This document shows positions 63,082 through 64,000 of a DNA stretch of 64,000 nucleotides, one piece after another. A program made the position numbers and the translations under genes. The notes below the pieces were generated by a model, which saw only the letters and a list, made by a program, of their open reading frames with translations, was not told the DNA's origin and made no database searches. Source of the stretch: Epiperipatus broadwayi (lineage: Eukaryota > Animalia > Onychophora); assembly GCA_028023455.1 (NCBI GenBank), contig JAQFVV010000005.1, positions 23,420,180-23,484,179 of the forward strand. The letters are read 5' to 3'. Position 1 is the stretch's first letter; each line of letters opens with the position of its first letter.

Positions 63082-64000
63082 TTAATGATATTATGTTAAA
63101 TGTCGTTTAAAGTTTTTTATGTACATGTGCGTGTATACATATGTGTAGTAGATTATAGAAGTATTCACTATGTAATAACTAATAGTAACACAAATCTGTT
63201 TAATTCAGTGGTAGGGTGTCAAACTCTGGATCAGAAGTTTCTCAGATGGGGTTCAAACTTTTTATACATTTCCGAGTAATAGAGCTATTCAATTATTATT
63301 TTTTTTTAATGGTAGCACTATAGAATAAAAGAATCAGAGAGCAAAAGTTATCTTCTCAACTTATTACATTGCTTTTACATGGGATGGAAAATTTATCTAT
63401 ATATCTGATCTTCTCTTGCATTATAATGAGTTATATTTTTATTAATTAACTGATGACTATAGAATTATGAGATAAGAAGAATGAATGCTTATGAATTTGG
63501 AAAAATTGGCTTGATTATACATATTTAATAGCATTTTATTAATTATATAAAAAATATAATTCATTGCAGCACAGTATTATAATTCTACAAGATGTTATTA
63601 GTCTTTTGATAGTTGCTTAAATATTAGTACATATATATTCTATCATTATCTAAATAGAACAGACTGGCATAATGTTACCATGACAATTAATAAAATTCGT
63701 ATGTAAATGAAAATGTTTAGATTTCTGAATTATTTTTATTTAAATATCCTAATTTATATAAAAAATGACAATTATAATTTATTTAAAAAAATATTGTGTC
63801 TTAATAATTACTGCAAGTGTGCAATATGTTGGACAACAGTTATAAAGTAGATAATTACATTTATCAGTCATATTTTATAAGTACCAGTATGGTGTGTTAT
63901 GTATAGCATAGTATTATAGTCTCGATTCTGAAATATAAATAAGTTCTCAAAATAGATTTTGGTGTTGTCTCAAAATTTTTTTTGGTAATACCAATATTAT

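Overview
Strongly AT-rich animal (arthropod-like; inferred) genomic DNA. The only confidently identified host gene is the 5' part of GCN1 (activator of the eIF2-alpha kinase GCN2), on the + strand. It has nine coding exons between 4831 and 62624 that splice in frame to 304 codons and continue beyond the window. The introns hold decayed LINEs (RTE-like and others), an internally deleted hAT element, a mariner remnant and tRNA-like mini-elements. Most ORF-track entries are TE debris or noise. The main unexplained signal is a dense set of small non-coding mobile elements carrying type I hammerhead ribozyme (HHR) motifs in at least three unrelated sequence families. Family A: ~450-nt monomer, core CUGAUGA...GAAA-CUAG-UC. 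Family B: A3-U8 core variant with a GCGC palindromic helix III, including a 100-bp tandem array. Family C: 486-nt unit with a clean HHR on one strand and a second, degenerate HHR on the other. Many insertions are tandem-plus-inverted structures flanked by 11-15 bp target-site duplications (TSDs). Ribozyme activity, circular RNAs and novelty are inferred from sequence only and are untested.
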